64,000 nucleotides of DNA, from positions 95,584 to 159,583 of the forward strand of contig CBDHCW010000010.1 of the NCBI GenBank assembly GCA_965261445.1. Reading direction: 5' to 3'. A program made the translations under genes and the position numbers. This DNA comes from Dehalococcoidia bacterium. Lineage in GTDB: Bacteria > Chloroflexota > Dehalococcoidia > Lucifugimonadales > QGNO01. Positions 1-8,689 of this stretch are shown piece by piece (position 1 is the first letter of the stretch; every line of letters starts with the position of its first letter). Under the pieces are notes generated by a model. That model saw only the letters and a program-made list of their open reading frames with translations, ran no database searches and was not told the origin of the DNA.

Positions 1-644
1 AGTCCCTGGAAGAACTGGAAATCGTTCACCTCCAGCGTGTAGGGGACAACCAGCCATTTCTTCCCCTTCACGTTGGTGTAGAAAGGCAGGTCGTCGGCGT
101 AGGAGTTGCAGTCGTACAGGAAACCACCCTCTTCAATCAACAGCTCGCGGGTGTTCAGACTGGGGGTTGAACGCGTGTACCAGCCCAGAGGGCGCTGGCC
201 GGTGGTCTTGATGAAGGACTCCACCGCTTTGCGGATGAGCTCCCTTTCCGTATCGCGGTCCATCTGGTAGTACGTCTCCCACCTGTAACCGTGCCCCACC
301 ACATCGTGGCCCCGCTTGATGATTTCAGGACCAACGTAGGGATTGCGTTCCAACGCCAGCGCGCAGCCGAAGAAGCTGGCCTTGACGTTGTACTCCTGCA
401 GAATATCGAAGACGCGCCATACCCCTGCCCTGCTTCCATATTCAAAGGTCGACTCCATGTAGAGGTCGCGCTGGCCGGGGTCGACCAGGGACGGCGCTTC
501 TCCCTGGGGGTCTCCGTCCAGCACGGAGTACTCGGAGCCCTCTTCGTAGTTGACGACCACCGAAACCGCGATGCGGGCCCCGTTGGGCCATTCCACTCTG
601 GGCGGGTTTGGGCCGTACCCAATGAAATCGCGTTCCGTGACCAT
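1..644 (-). CDS. Polysaccharide deacetylase / PuuE-like allantoinase family protein (runs off left edge)
   Basis: ATG at 644 with GAGGAGGAG RBS; translates MVTERDFIGYGPNPPRVEWPNGARIAVSVVVNYEEG..., near-identical in layout to 797..1696. Confidence 0.85.
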   Translation of the reverse strand, partial: MVTERDFIGYGPNPPRVEWPNGARIAVSVVVNYEEGSEYSVLDGDPQGEAPSLVDPGQRDLYMESTFEYGSRAGVWRVFDILQEYNVKASFFGCALALERNPYVGPEIIKRGHDVVGHGYRWETYYQMDRDTERELIRKAVESFIKTTGQRPLGWYTRSTPSLNTRELLIEEGGFLYDCNSYADDLPFYTNVKGKKWLVVPYTLEVNDFQFFQG

Positions 645-688
645 AGCTCCTCCTCGTTATCGTGATGCGGACACATTACCTACTCACT

Positions 689-759
689 CCCTTCGACAGG
701 TTCAGGGTGAGCGGACGCTTTTCCCGCTCAAATAGTTCGACAAGCTCACCATGAGCGGG
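689..759. repeat. Pair of REP-like short palindromic repeats (TTCGACA.G.TCA...TGAGCGG)
   Basis: CCTTCGACAGGTTCAGGGTGAGCGG and TTCGACAAGCTCACCATGAGCGG, with an intervening CCGCTCA complement, in the gap between paralogs. Confidence 0.6.
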
Positions 760-796
760 AAGATGCGCAAGCCTGGACGGCCTGTGATTAGCCTGC

Positions 797-1696
797 CTAA
801 GGCTGGGGTGGATATCTATCCAGCCACCAGCGAGCAATGTCTATCCTGCGGGCAAACCAGACGTTGGGCCGCGAAGTGGCGTATTTCAGGAACTGCTCAA
901 GTACGGCGGCCCGCGCCGGCTTTCCCACTATACGGCAGTGCAGCCCTATGGACATCATCTTGGGGTGGGTTGCCCCTTCCTCGTAGAGCAGATCAAAGGT
1001 GTTGCGCATGGCATCGTAGAAATCGTTGGGGTTGGACATGCCTCCCCGCCAGTACTTAGTATCGTTCACCTCCAGCGAATAAGGCACGACCAGCCAAGGC
1101 TTGCCGCCGGCGCTTGTGTAGAACGGCAGATCGTCCGCGTACGAGTTGCAGTCGTATAAGAATCCGCCCTCCTCTACGACGAGGTCCCTGGTGTTGACGC
1201 TGGGACCGTAGCGGGTATACCAGCCCAGGGGCCGCTGACCCGTTGTCTTGGTGATGGAGTCCACCGCTTTGCGGATCGCTTCGCGTTCCGCGTCACGGTC
1301 CATCTTGAAATACTCCTCCCACCGGTAGCCGTGCCCCATCACCTCGTGTCCACCCTTCACGATCGCGGGGCCCACTTCAGGGTTGCGTTCTAAAGCAAGG
1401 GCGCATACGTAAAACGTGCTCTTGACGTTGAGCTGGTGGAAAATGCGGAGAATTCGCCAGACCCCTGCCCTGCTTCCGTATTCGAAGAAGGACTCGTTGG
1501 CCAGATCACGCTCTCCCGGAGGAACCGGCGATGGCACCTCGCCCATGCTCTCGCCCTGGGAGTCGCCGTCCAAGATCGAGTATTCCGCGCCCTCTTCGTA
1601 GTTGACCACTACGGATACGGCTATGCGCGCCTTCCCCGGCCACTCTACTTGGGGCGGGCTGGCGCCGTATCCAATGAAGTCGCGTTCCGTAACCAT
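797..1696 (-). CDS. Polysaccharide deacetylase / PuuE-like allantoinase family protein
   Basis: NYEEG, ESFFEYGSRAGVWR, HGYRW, YADDLP, MMSIGLHCRIVGKPAR motifs. Confidence 0.88.
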   Translation of the reverse strand: MVTERDFIGYGASPPQVEWPGKARIAVSVVVNYEEGAEYSILDGDSQGESMGEVPSPVPPGERDLANESFFEYGSRAGVWRILRIFHQLNVKSTFYVCALALERNPEVGPAIVKGGHEVMGHGYRWEEYFKMDRDAEREAIRKAVDSITKTTGQRPLGWYTRYGPSVNTRDLVVEEGGFLYDCNSYADDLPFYTSAGGKPWLVVPYSLEVNDTKYWRGGMSNPNDFYDAMRNTFDLLYEEGATHPKMMSIGLHCRIVGKPARAAVLEQFLKYATSRPNVWFARRIDIARWWLDRYPPQP

Positions 1697-1714
1697 AGAT
1701 CCTGCCGCTAGCGG

Positions 1715-2122
1715 TTAGGCGTTTGCTTCGCCTGGAGGGTTCTGGAGCATATTCTTGATGGACTGAATGTCAACGGAGTGTTCAAGGAGTATACGGGTGT
1801 GCTCGTTCAGCGTGCCTATCATGGAGCGCATGTCCTCTGAGTGTTCGCCAAGCAGCTGGGAGTGTTCACCAAGCAGCCGGGAGTGTTCGCCGAGGATCCG
1901 GGAGTGCTCAATTAGGATACGGGAATGCTCACTGAGAATCCGGGTGTGCTCATTGAGTATCCTAGAGTGTTCGTTCTGGGTAGCAATGATGGCGCGGAGC
2001 GCCTCAGAGTGCTCGTTCTGCGTAGTCGAAATGCCGCGAAGCGCCTGCGTGATCTGTTCAAGCACAGCTCCGACTACGCTAAAATTACTCTCTAACTCAC
2101 TGACTCTGTCCTCCAGCGTCAT
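1715..2122 (-). CDS. Small coiled-coil protein with EHSRIL-type heptad repeats
   Basis: GAGGAGG RBS; about 10 EH[S/T]xxL heptads encoded by degenerate 21-bp tandem repeats. Confidence 0.75.
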   Translation of the reverse strand: MTLEDRVSELESNFSVVGAVLEQITQALRGISTTQNEHSEALRAIIATQNEHSRILNEHTRILSEHSRILIEHSRILGEHSRLLGEHSQLLGEHSEDMRSMIGTLNEHTRILLEHSVDIQSIKNMLQNPPGEANA

Positions 2123-2287
2123 GCTGCCTCCTCAGCGTCTCCATACCCGATTATCCCTGCATCAATCATACAATACCCCGCCGCACAATGCCTTGTCCAT
2201 GCCGGTCTATCTATTGGTTTAGCCCCTCAGTCCCCTATGCGGTAGAGGCGGCTATCACAACCGTCACTGTCATAACAAAAGTAACCA

Positions 2288-3133
2288 CTATGCCATGCCA
2301 AAGGCTTTGCTGAAGAACTCCTTGATGTCTTCGGCAACCGGTTTGCCCATGGCGTAAGTGGCGTGACCGACGCCCCTGTACGTGTAGAAGGTATGCCTGG
2401 CTCCGCATGTTTCCAAGACACGGGCCAGAGCTACGGGGTTGCCTTCGTAGAGCATGTTTTCGTCTTGGTCACCGTGGAAGAACCCAACCTCAGGGAGGAG
2501 GGACGCCACCGCCTCTCCCCGCTCCAATATCAGCATGCGGGTCCTGGTCACGGGGTCGTTGCCGGCAAGGGAGGCTACGGCCAGGTCATCGTCCGCCTCT
2601 CTGGGAATACCCCAAGCCTCCAGCAGGTCTCCCTTGAACTTGTGCTCTCTGATGACGCTGTCGAAATTGAGAGTGGCCTGCTGCAATGCTGCAGCGCGAA
2701 CCTTGCCCAGAAGAGGGCCGGTGACGGCGCCCCACAGGGCGGAGCCTCCCAGGCCGCCGCCAAGCATCCCCATGCGCTCCGGATCAACGTTGGCATCTTC
2801 GATCAGCGAGTTGTACAGGGCGGCGTAAGCAGCCACCGCGTCGGGTCTGCCCCAGGCGCTGCCCCTGGCATGCGAACCGGCCACGACGATTCCCGCGTCG
2901 ACCAGCGTCCTGATGAAGATGCTCCTCCCCTGGTCATCCAGGGTGTCGGAAGTGGATACGGCGTACTCTCCGTCACGGACGTAGCCGCTGTTGCCGTGGC
3001 ACTGGATCACGCAGGGCAAGGGCGGGCCGGACGTGGTGTAAGACGGCGGGGTGCGGAAGAAACACCACTCGCCGCCGGATTTGAAGAAGACGGTCTGCGC
3101 GCCGTCTTCCAGCTGGGGAAGGGAGTCTGCCAT
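2288..3133 (-). CDS. Alpha/beta-hydrolase fold protein with atypical nucleophile elbow
   Basis: P-x-VIQCHG, VDPERMGMLGGGLGG, FFHGDQD, GVGH motifs; AAGGAGG RBS. Confidence 0.7.
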   Translation of the reverse strand: MADSLPQLEDGAQTVFFKSGGEWCFFRTPPSYTTSGPPLPCVIQCHGNSGYVRDGEYAVSTSDTLDDQGRSIFIRTLVDAGIVVAGSHARGSAWGRPDAVAAYAALYNSLIEDANVDPERMGMLGGGLGGSALWGAVTGPLLGKVRAAALQQATLNFDSVIREHKFKGDLLEAWGIPREADDDLAVASLAGNDPVTRTRMLILERGEAVASLLPEVGFFHGDQDENMLYEGNPVALARVLETCGARHTFYTYRGVGHATYAMGKPVAEDIKEFFSKAFGMA

Positions 3134-3198
3134 GCTGCCTCCTTGAGAATGTACTACACGGGCAACATATTAGCAGATGATTGCCAAACTCTCCCACA

Positions 3199-3289
3199 CT
3201 GTCATCCTGAAGAGCGCAGCGACGAAGGATTGCCACGCTGGGTGGCGGTGCTTGAAGATTCTTCGGCCTGTTCGGCCTCAGAGTGACAG
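3199..3289. repeat. REP-like inverted repeat element (CTGTCATCCTGA...TCAGAGTGACAG)
   Basis: Terminal inverted repeat plus inner CGAAGGAT/ATTCTTCG pairing. Confidence 0.65.
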
Positions 3290-3346
3290 CGTTGGGGGTG
3301 TCCGATAGTCTGCCACCTTAACACGGTGCGGAGAATCGCCACCACC

Positions 3347-4750
3347 CTACGCCCGGTAGCGGAACCGGCCTTCCACTCTATCGCGGTTGAGCCTGCGGTT
3401 CAGATGCAGTCCTTCCAGTATGAACTCCGTACCGGACGCGACCAGTTCCGGGGAGCCGTCCGATTCCAACCGTGTCAACGCATCGCTGAGGCCTGCCAGG
3501 CTTCTCCCAGCCTTGGCGTACTCCCTGGACGGGATCTCGTTGCCCGTTTCCATGACCGCCCCCTCGTCGAATCTGAGGATAAGCGTCTCCAAGTCCCTGA
3601 CGTTGAAGTAACGGCTGAACACGTTGAGAACGGCTTTCTTGATGAGGTCTTCTATGATGCGAGGCTCCCTTCCCTCCTCCACGGTCTCCAGCTCTATCTT
3701 GCCGCTGGAAGAGGGAAGGATGAAGCTGAGATCGCTGATGCGGGGGGCGGACGATTTTTCGCCGTTCAGCAAGGCGCGCCGCGCCGAGTTGCTCATCGCA
3801 GTCTCGAAGTTGGCTATGGAGACGCGTACGCTGACCCCGGAGCGCTGGTCGATGTCCGGGCTGCGCCTAGCCAGGGCGGTGACCTCTGCGATGATCTCCT
3901 TCATGTACTGCGGAACGGTGACCATCTCCTCTATCTCTCCAAGGTTTGCCCGCTCCTGCTCCACTATGTCTATCTCCTCTTCAATAGCTCGCGGATAGTG
4001 AGTACGGATGTGTGAGCCGTACCGGTCTTTGAGAGGCGTAATGATGCGGCCGCGGTTGGTGTAGTCCTCCGGATTGGCGGTGGCCACAATGTAAACGTCC
4101 AGCGGCAGCCGGATGCGATAGCCCTTGATCTGTATGTCCCGCTCCTCCATGAGGTTAAACAGGCCAACCTGTATGCGCTCCGCCAGATCGGGGAGTTCGT
4201 TTATGGAGAATATCCCCCTGTTGGTGCGGGGAATAAGTCCGTAGTGAATGGTAAGCTCGTCTGACAGATAGCGGCCCTCGGCCACGCGGATGGGGTCCGC
4301 TTCACCGATGAGGTCTGCCATGGAGATGTCCGGCGTGGCCAGCTTTTCTCCGTAGCGGTCGTCCCTCTGCAGCCAGGCTATCTCGACTTCGTCTCCCATT
4401 TCGTGGCACTTGTCGCGGCAGGCGCGGCACACGGGGGCAAACGGGTTGTCGTTGATTTCGCATCCCGCTATGGCCGGTATCTCGTCGTCCAGCAGAGTCG
4501 TCAGGGAGCGGATAATGCGCGACTTGGCCTGGCCGCGCTCTCCCAGCAGGACAATGTCCTGCCCCGCCAGTATGGCGTTCTGGATCTGAGGCACCACGGT
4601 GTCCTGGAAGCCCACTATCTTGGGGAAGAGGGTCTCTTTGTTGCGCAGCCTCTTCACCAGGTTGCGCCTCAGCTCTTCTCTGATTGGCAAGACCTGGTAT
4701 CCACTCTTGCGGAGATCCCGGATTGTCCTTGGCTTCTTCTTGACTGTCAT
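3347..4750 (-). CDS. AAA+ ATPase, Mg-chelatase ChlI/MoxR-related family
   Basis: Walker-A-like GERGQAKS, INELPDL, ATANPEDYTNRGRIITPLKDR. Confidence 0.8.
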   Translation of the reverse strand: MTVKKKPRTIRDLRKSGYQVLPIREELRRNLVKRLRNKETLFPKIVGFQDTVVPQIQNAILAGQDIVLLGERGQAKSRIIRSLTTLLDDEIPAIAGCEINDNPFAPVCRACRDKCHEMGDEVEIAWLQRDDRYGEKLATPDISMADLIGEADPIRVAEGRYLSDELTIHYGLIPRTNRGIFSINELPDLAERIQVGLFNLMEERDIQIKGYRIRLPLDVYIVATANPEDYTNRGRIITPLKDRYGSHIRTHYPRAIEEEIDIVEQERANLGEIEEMVTVPQYMKEIIAEVTALARRSPDIDQRSGVSVRVSIANFETAMSNSARRALLNGEKSSAPRISDLSFILPSSSGKIELETVEEGREPRIIEDLIKKAVLNVFSRYFNVRDLETLILRFDEGAVMETGNEIPSREYAKAGRSLAGLSDALTRLESDGSPELVASGTEFILEGLHLNRRLNRDRVEGRFRYRA

Positions 4751-4879
4751 CACACCCTCCAACACTGCCTTGCGACAACAATGAACTGATGGGTATTACG
4801 AGAAGAGGGGTTTCTTGGTTCACATCATACTACCGCTACTGCCACTGGCGAAAGCAAACTTATCGTTTCAAAGTGGACG

Positions 4880-5160
4880 TTTGAGCGGATGTCCCTTCGG
4901 CTACGCTCAGGGAAGAATCCCAGGCGGTTCATCCAATGCGGAGGAGCTTTTGTGGGACAACGGCTTTGGATCTTCACTCCGCTCCGCTACGTTCAGAATG
5001 ACGATTGGGTGGCTGCTTGCCCGCGTAGGGGAAGCCCCGCACCGCCACCGGATTGCTTCGGTTCCTCGCAATGACGAACGGCGGGCGTCCGTTTATCCCC
5101 ACGCCCGCCTTCCCGGTGCTACGTTGCGGCTGGCGTGGGGCGGCGAAGCGGCTGTCCGCT
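4880..5160. repeat. Cluster of REP-like palindromes
   Basis: CCCTTCGGCTACGCTCAGGG, GATCTTCACTCCGCTCCGCTACGTTCAGAATGAC, GATTGCTTCGGTTCCTCGCAATGAC resemble the other intergenic repeats. Confidence 0.55.
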
Positions 5161-5392
5161 TCGATATGTAGCGACTCGCCAGAGCCACTCCATGCGTATG
5201 CCGAGTCTAAGACGCACACCCTATCAGATCCGATTCTTCATTAGGAGCAGCCTGGATTTGAAGACTTGTGGTCTGCGACGACTCAGAGGAACGCAGTTCT
5301 AAGAGAGAGCTTTCTCTTGGTCCTCCTCAAGCTCCTTATGTGGTGAAGCAACCTCCGCACTCAGAGTTCGTAGGCTTGGCCGCCGGTCCTGG

Positions 5393-6106
5393 CTAGGAGT
5401 TGCGCATGGAGGAGAAGTGCCGCTCTACCCTGCCTGACACTAGCATTGCGCCTATGACAATCAGCCAGACAAAGAAGGCGGCGCCTGAGATTCGATGTAC
5501 TATCGTCGCGGCATCCACCCATATAAGCTGCATGGCGATACCGATTACAGCCGACGCCGGAGCAACCCGCCGTATGGCGCCGCCGGCTTTCCACTGCCGC
5601 TGAGCTGCCACCATCAGAGCCATCCCCGCCGCAGCAAAGCCCAGCTTGCCAGTGAACCATCGGAGGTATGCTACTGTCTCCGTTGACGAGTCAATGGAGC
5701 TGAGGGCGCCGGCCTCGGATGCGGCCGGCGCGGCTGCGAAGAGTGCAAGCGCGGACACGCCGGATACGGCGGTGAACGCACCTGAGGCCAAGAACAGGTA
5801 GGGCACAACCGGCGTCCCAAACCGCTCTCTAACGACCCAGGTCCTCAACAGAAACCACGCCCCTGCAATCAAGGTTATTCCGGAGATTAGCCGGGCAGTT
5901 CCGCCCAGGCTGTACATGGTCTTGTTTGCCGCTATTACCCTCATCGACTCAAGCAGGGTCGACTGGTCGGCGTCCGCGGCTAGCCGCGCGTACACCATAA
6001 TTGCGTTGGCCGCCGCCGTCAGCAGCAGAAGGAGCCCCGCTCTGCTTGCGGCGGAATCCCTAAGCGCAGCTGCCGTGCTTGACACCGTTTGGCGTGAGCC
6101 GTTCAT
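5393..6106 (-). CDS. Hypothetical multi-pass membrane protein
   Basis: About 6 hydrophobic segments; GAGGTG RBS. Confidence 0.65.
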   Translation of the reverse strand: MNGSRQTVSSTAAALRDSAASRAGLLLLLTAAANAIMVYARLAADADQSTLLESMRVIAANKTMYSLGGTARLISGITLIAGAWFLLRTWVVRERFGTPVVPYLFLASGAFTAVSGVSALALFAAAPAASEAGALSSIDSSTETVAYLRWFTGKLGFAAAGMALMVAAQRQWKAGGAIRRVAPASAVIGIAMQLIWVDAATIVHRISGAAFFVWLIVIGAMLVSGRVERHFSSMRNS

Positions 6107-6256
6107 CTACTCTGTCACCTCTATTATTCCGATCCATTCAACGCGTGGAGTGGCCGTGAATGGCGAGTATTTGTCCCGCCACGCGATGAGACAAACATGG
6201 CGCGGCCTTGGCATAATGTACCGTAACCTAGTCTATAGAAGTTTGGATGTTTTCCT

Positions 6257-6577
6257 GTGGGGAAGAAGCAACGGTATTTTAGCGCAACCGCGCTTTTCAT
6301 ATTGGCGATAACGCTGCTCTTTTCACTGAACTGCGGAGAGAGGCTTTCCGAAGTGGAGGGCCTGGTTACCAGCGTGGAGGCAATGTCCGTGGTGGAGGTG
6401 GAACGGTTCACCATAGAGGACGAAGAGGGCAGAGTGTTTACCTTCACCACGGAGGGATTCGTAGGGTTCACGACATCGCACTTTAGAGAGCACATGATGC
6501 TGGCAGAACCGGTCAGGGTCCGCTACAGGAAGGAGGGCGACACCCTGATAGCGGAATTTGTGGAGGACACCACCTAG
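6257..6577 (+). CDS. Small exported/lipoprotein, possible OB-fold with His/Met patch
   Basis: Signal peptide ending ...SLNC; beta-rich body; SHFREHMM motif. Confidence 0.55.
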   Translation: MGKKQRYFSATALFILAITLLFSLNCGERLSEVEGLVTSVEAMSVVEVERFTIEDEEGRVFTFTTEGFVGFTTSHFREHMMLAEPVRVRYRKEGDTLIAEFVEDTT

Positions 6578-7485
6578 ATGACGCGTCGCAGCGCCTGCTC
6601 CAGCTCATTGTAAGAAGCAAAGCCGTCGAACTTGGCGGAGACCCGTCTCTGAGCATCGATTACGAAGACCCACGGCTCGCTGGGCAGACCCCATTCGTCG
6701 ACTGTAGGTGAGACCACTCCCTTTGCAAAGTCGCCCCGCATCTCAAGGGGGTTGGCGAAAACCTCCACATGGATGAAGTTGGCCTGCTCCCGGTAACCCT
6801 CCTTCAACTCTTTGATCACATCCAGCTGCGGGCCGCAGGTGGCCGAGGTGCAGAAGGCAGGCGTGGCAAAAGCAACGACTAGGGGCTTGCCAGCCTGCAG
6901 AGCTTCGGCAATGGTCATAGCGTAAAGATCCGGGTCAGGCTCAACGTCTGAGGTGAGCTCCTCCAAGGAAGCCACACTGGAAGCAGTACGATTCAGGCTG
7001 GCCGGGGCCTGGGAGCCCAGGGCTGGCGTGATGCTCTCCTCGGATACGCGCATAACCATACGCGCCAGCTGGCCTTCCGCGGTCCCGTCGGCGGGCGAGA
7101 CCTGCGCCAGCCAGAGGCCGGCTTGGTCGAACTCTATCTCCGCTACGAACACCCCTCCCGGCCCAGCCGGCCACGAGCTCCAGCCGGCCTCTACTTCACC
7201 TTTTTGGACGATTCTCCCATCCTGCTCGTGAGCCAGAGCCAGCATCGCCGAGGCTGCTCTCACCGGCGCGTTGTTCGAATCGATGAGCCCAAAAACCACG
7301 CGGTTACTGCCAACCGATAGGTCCGAGGAGGCAAGGATGGGACGCAGGGAGAGACTCACCACACTGGGAGCAACGGTTGGCGTTGACGTGACCACCGTGG
7401 GAGAAGAGCAGCCGGCAAGAATAAGCAGGCAAGCAGCGGCCAGCAGAACAAACCCGGATGAACAGACAAGCGAAAGAAAGCGCAT
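6574..7485 (-). CDS. Lipoprotein with C-terminal thioredoxin-like domain
   Basis: Lipobox LAGC; FATPAFCTSATCGP, FIHVE, WGLPSEPWVFVID. Confidence 0.75.
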   Translation of the reverse strand: MRFLSLVCSSGFVLLAAACLLILAGCSSPTVVTSTPTVAPSVVSLSLRPILASSDLSVGSNRVVFGLIDSNNAPVRAASAMLALAHEQDGRIVQKGEVEAGWSSWPAGPGGVFVAEIEFDQAGLWLAQVSPADGTAEGQLARMVMRVSEESITPALGSQAPASLNRTASSVASLEELTSDVEPDPDLYAMTIAEALQAGKPLVVAFATPAFCTSATCGPQLDVIKELKEGYREQANFIHVEVFANPLEMRGDFAKGVVSPTVDEWGLPSEPWVFVIDAQRRVSAKFDGFASYNELEQALRRVI

Positions 7486-7486
7486 A

Positions 7487-7867
7487 CTAGCTCTTGGCTC
7501 GGTATATCTCCACGGAGGCGCCCTTAGAAGTAATTCCTTCTATGGGAGGCGATAGCTTGGTTACCCGCGTCCAGACTGCCTCTACCGGGAAGGAGGCAAG
7601 AATCCTCATCGCAATCGTTTGCGCTACCGCCTCTAACAGGTTATACGTTTCATCCTGGACAACGGCTTTCACCGTCTGATACAAGTCGGTGTAGCTGATC
7701 GTGTCGCTTAGACGGTCGGAATCGCCGGGCTTGCTGAGGTCAAGGTAGACGCTCAGGTCCACGAGGAACTGCTGGCCCAGGCTCCGCTCCTCCGGTCTCA
7801 CCCCATGGAAACCGTAGAAGGAAAGCCCTTCAAGCAGGATGCGGTCTTGCCCTTTACGGTCGGCCAT
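7487..7867 (-). CDS. folB: Dihydroneopterin aldolase
   Basis: FYGFHGV..EERSLGQ.F.VD, DTISY, LLEAVA, KLSPPI. Confidence 0.92.
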   Translation of the reverse strand: MADRKGQDRILLEGLSFYGFHGVRPEERSLGQQFLVDLSVYLDLSKPGDSDRLSDTISYTDLYQTVKAVVQDETYNLLEAVAQTIAMRILASFPVEAVWTRVTKLSPPIEGITSKGASVEIYRAKS

Positions 7868-7933
7868 TGCAGGCAGAGTATAACACGTGATGCGAGCTAT
7901 AATTGGCTGACACTGCATCAACGAGGTATCAAA

Positions 7934-8689
7934 GTGGCTAGAGAGCTTTGCATTATTGGAATAGAGGGCTTGCCTGAGATCACCCCCGGGATGGAGCTTG
8001 CATCCTTGATAGTGGAGGCGGCCAAAGGTCAGGAAACGCCCCTAGAGCAGGAAGACGTGCTGGTAATCACGCAAAAGGTGGTTTCCAAAGCGGAAGGCAT
8101 GCTGGTGGACCTGGACACCATTACACCATCGCACCTTGCTCAACAGTGGGCCGATGAGTACGACAGGGACGCCCGGCTGATAGAGGTGGCTTTGATGGAG
8201 AGCCGCCGCATCTCCCGCATGGACAGAGGCGTCCTCATTACGGAGACTGTTCACGGGTTCTACTGTGTGAACGGGGGCGTGGACGCCTCCAACATACCCG
8301 GGGAAAGCATGGTCGCCTTGCTCCCCAAAGACCCCGATGCCTCGGCGGCGCGGATAGCGGGCGAGGTCAGGGAGCTTACCGGCCTTGAGGTGGCGGTGGT
8401 AATCACGGACTCCTGGGGCAGGCCCTGGCGGGACGGCATTACCAACATAGCCATTGGGTCTGCGGGCATAGCGCCACTGCGCGACTACAGAGGCACTACA
8501 GACCCCTACGGATACGATCTCCAGGTAACGGCGATGGCCGTGGTAGACGAGCTGGCAGCGGCGGCGGAGCTGGTGATGGGAAAGGTTGACATGGTGCCGG
8601 CGGCGATAGTGCGGGGCTACCAGTACGTCGCTTCCACGAGCGGAGTCAAGGATCTGATACGCCCCCCCGACCGGGATATATTCAGATAG
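7934..8689 (+). CDS. cofE: Coenzyme F420-0:L-glutamate ligase
   Basis: QKVVSKAEG, GVDASN, LPKDPDASA, ITDSWGRPWRDG, DELAAAAELVMGK. Confidence 0.9.
   Translation: MARELCIIGIEGLPEITPGMELASLIVEAAKGQETPLEQEDVLVITQKVVSKAEGMLVDLDTITPSHLAQQWADEYDRDARLIEVALMESRRISRMDRGVLITETVHGFYCVNGGVDASNIPGESMVALLPKDPDASAARIAGEVRELTGLEVAVVITDSWGRPWRDGITNIAIGSAGIAPLRDYRGTTDPYGYDLQVTAMAVVDELAAAAELVMGKVDMVPAAIVRGYQYVASTSGVKDLIRPPDRDIFR

Noticed and set aside
1770..2015. Regular short repeats as a possible CRISPR array
   Set aside because: 21-nt period with no unique spacers and variation consistent with coding heptads; no cas genes in the window
2363..3286. Long antisense ORFs (also 32241..33203, 47555..48352, 62078..62743 and others)
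   Set aside because: Shadow ORFs opposite well-supported genes, expected in high-GC DNA; no motifs
3347..4750. Mg-chelatase as evidence of phototrophy
   Set aside because: Resembles the widespread ChlI/MoxR-like AAA family; no bch/chl genes nearby
5165..5390. Possible gene remnant between the repeat cluster and the membrane protein gene
   Set aside because: Frames examined are interrupted and no family is recognisable
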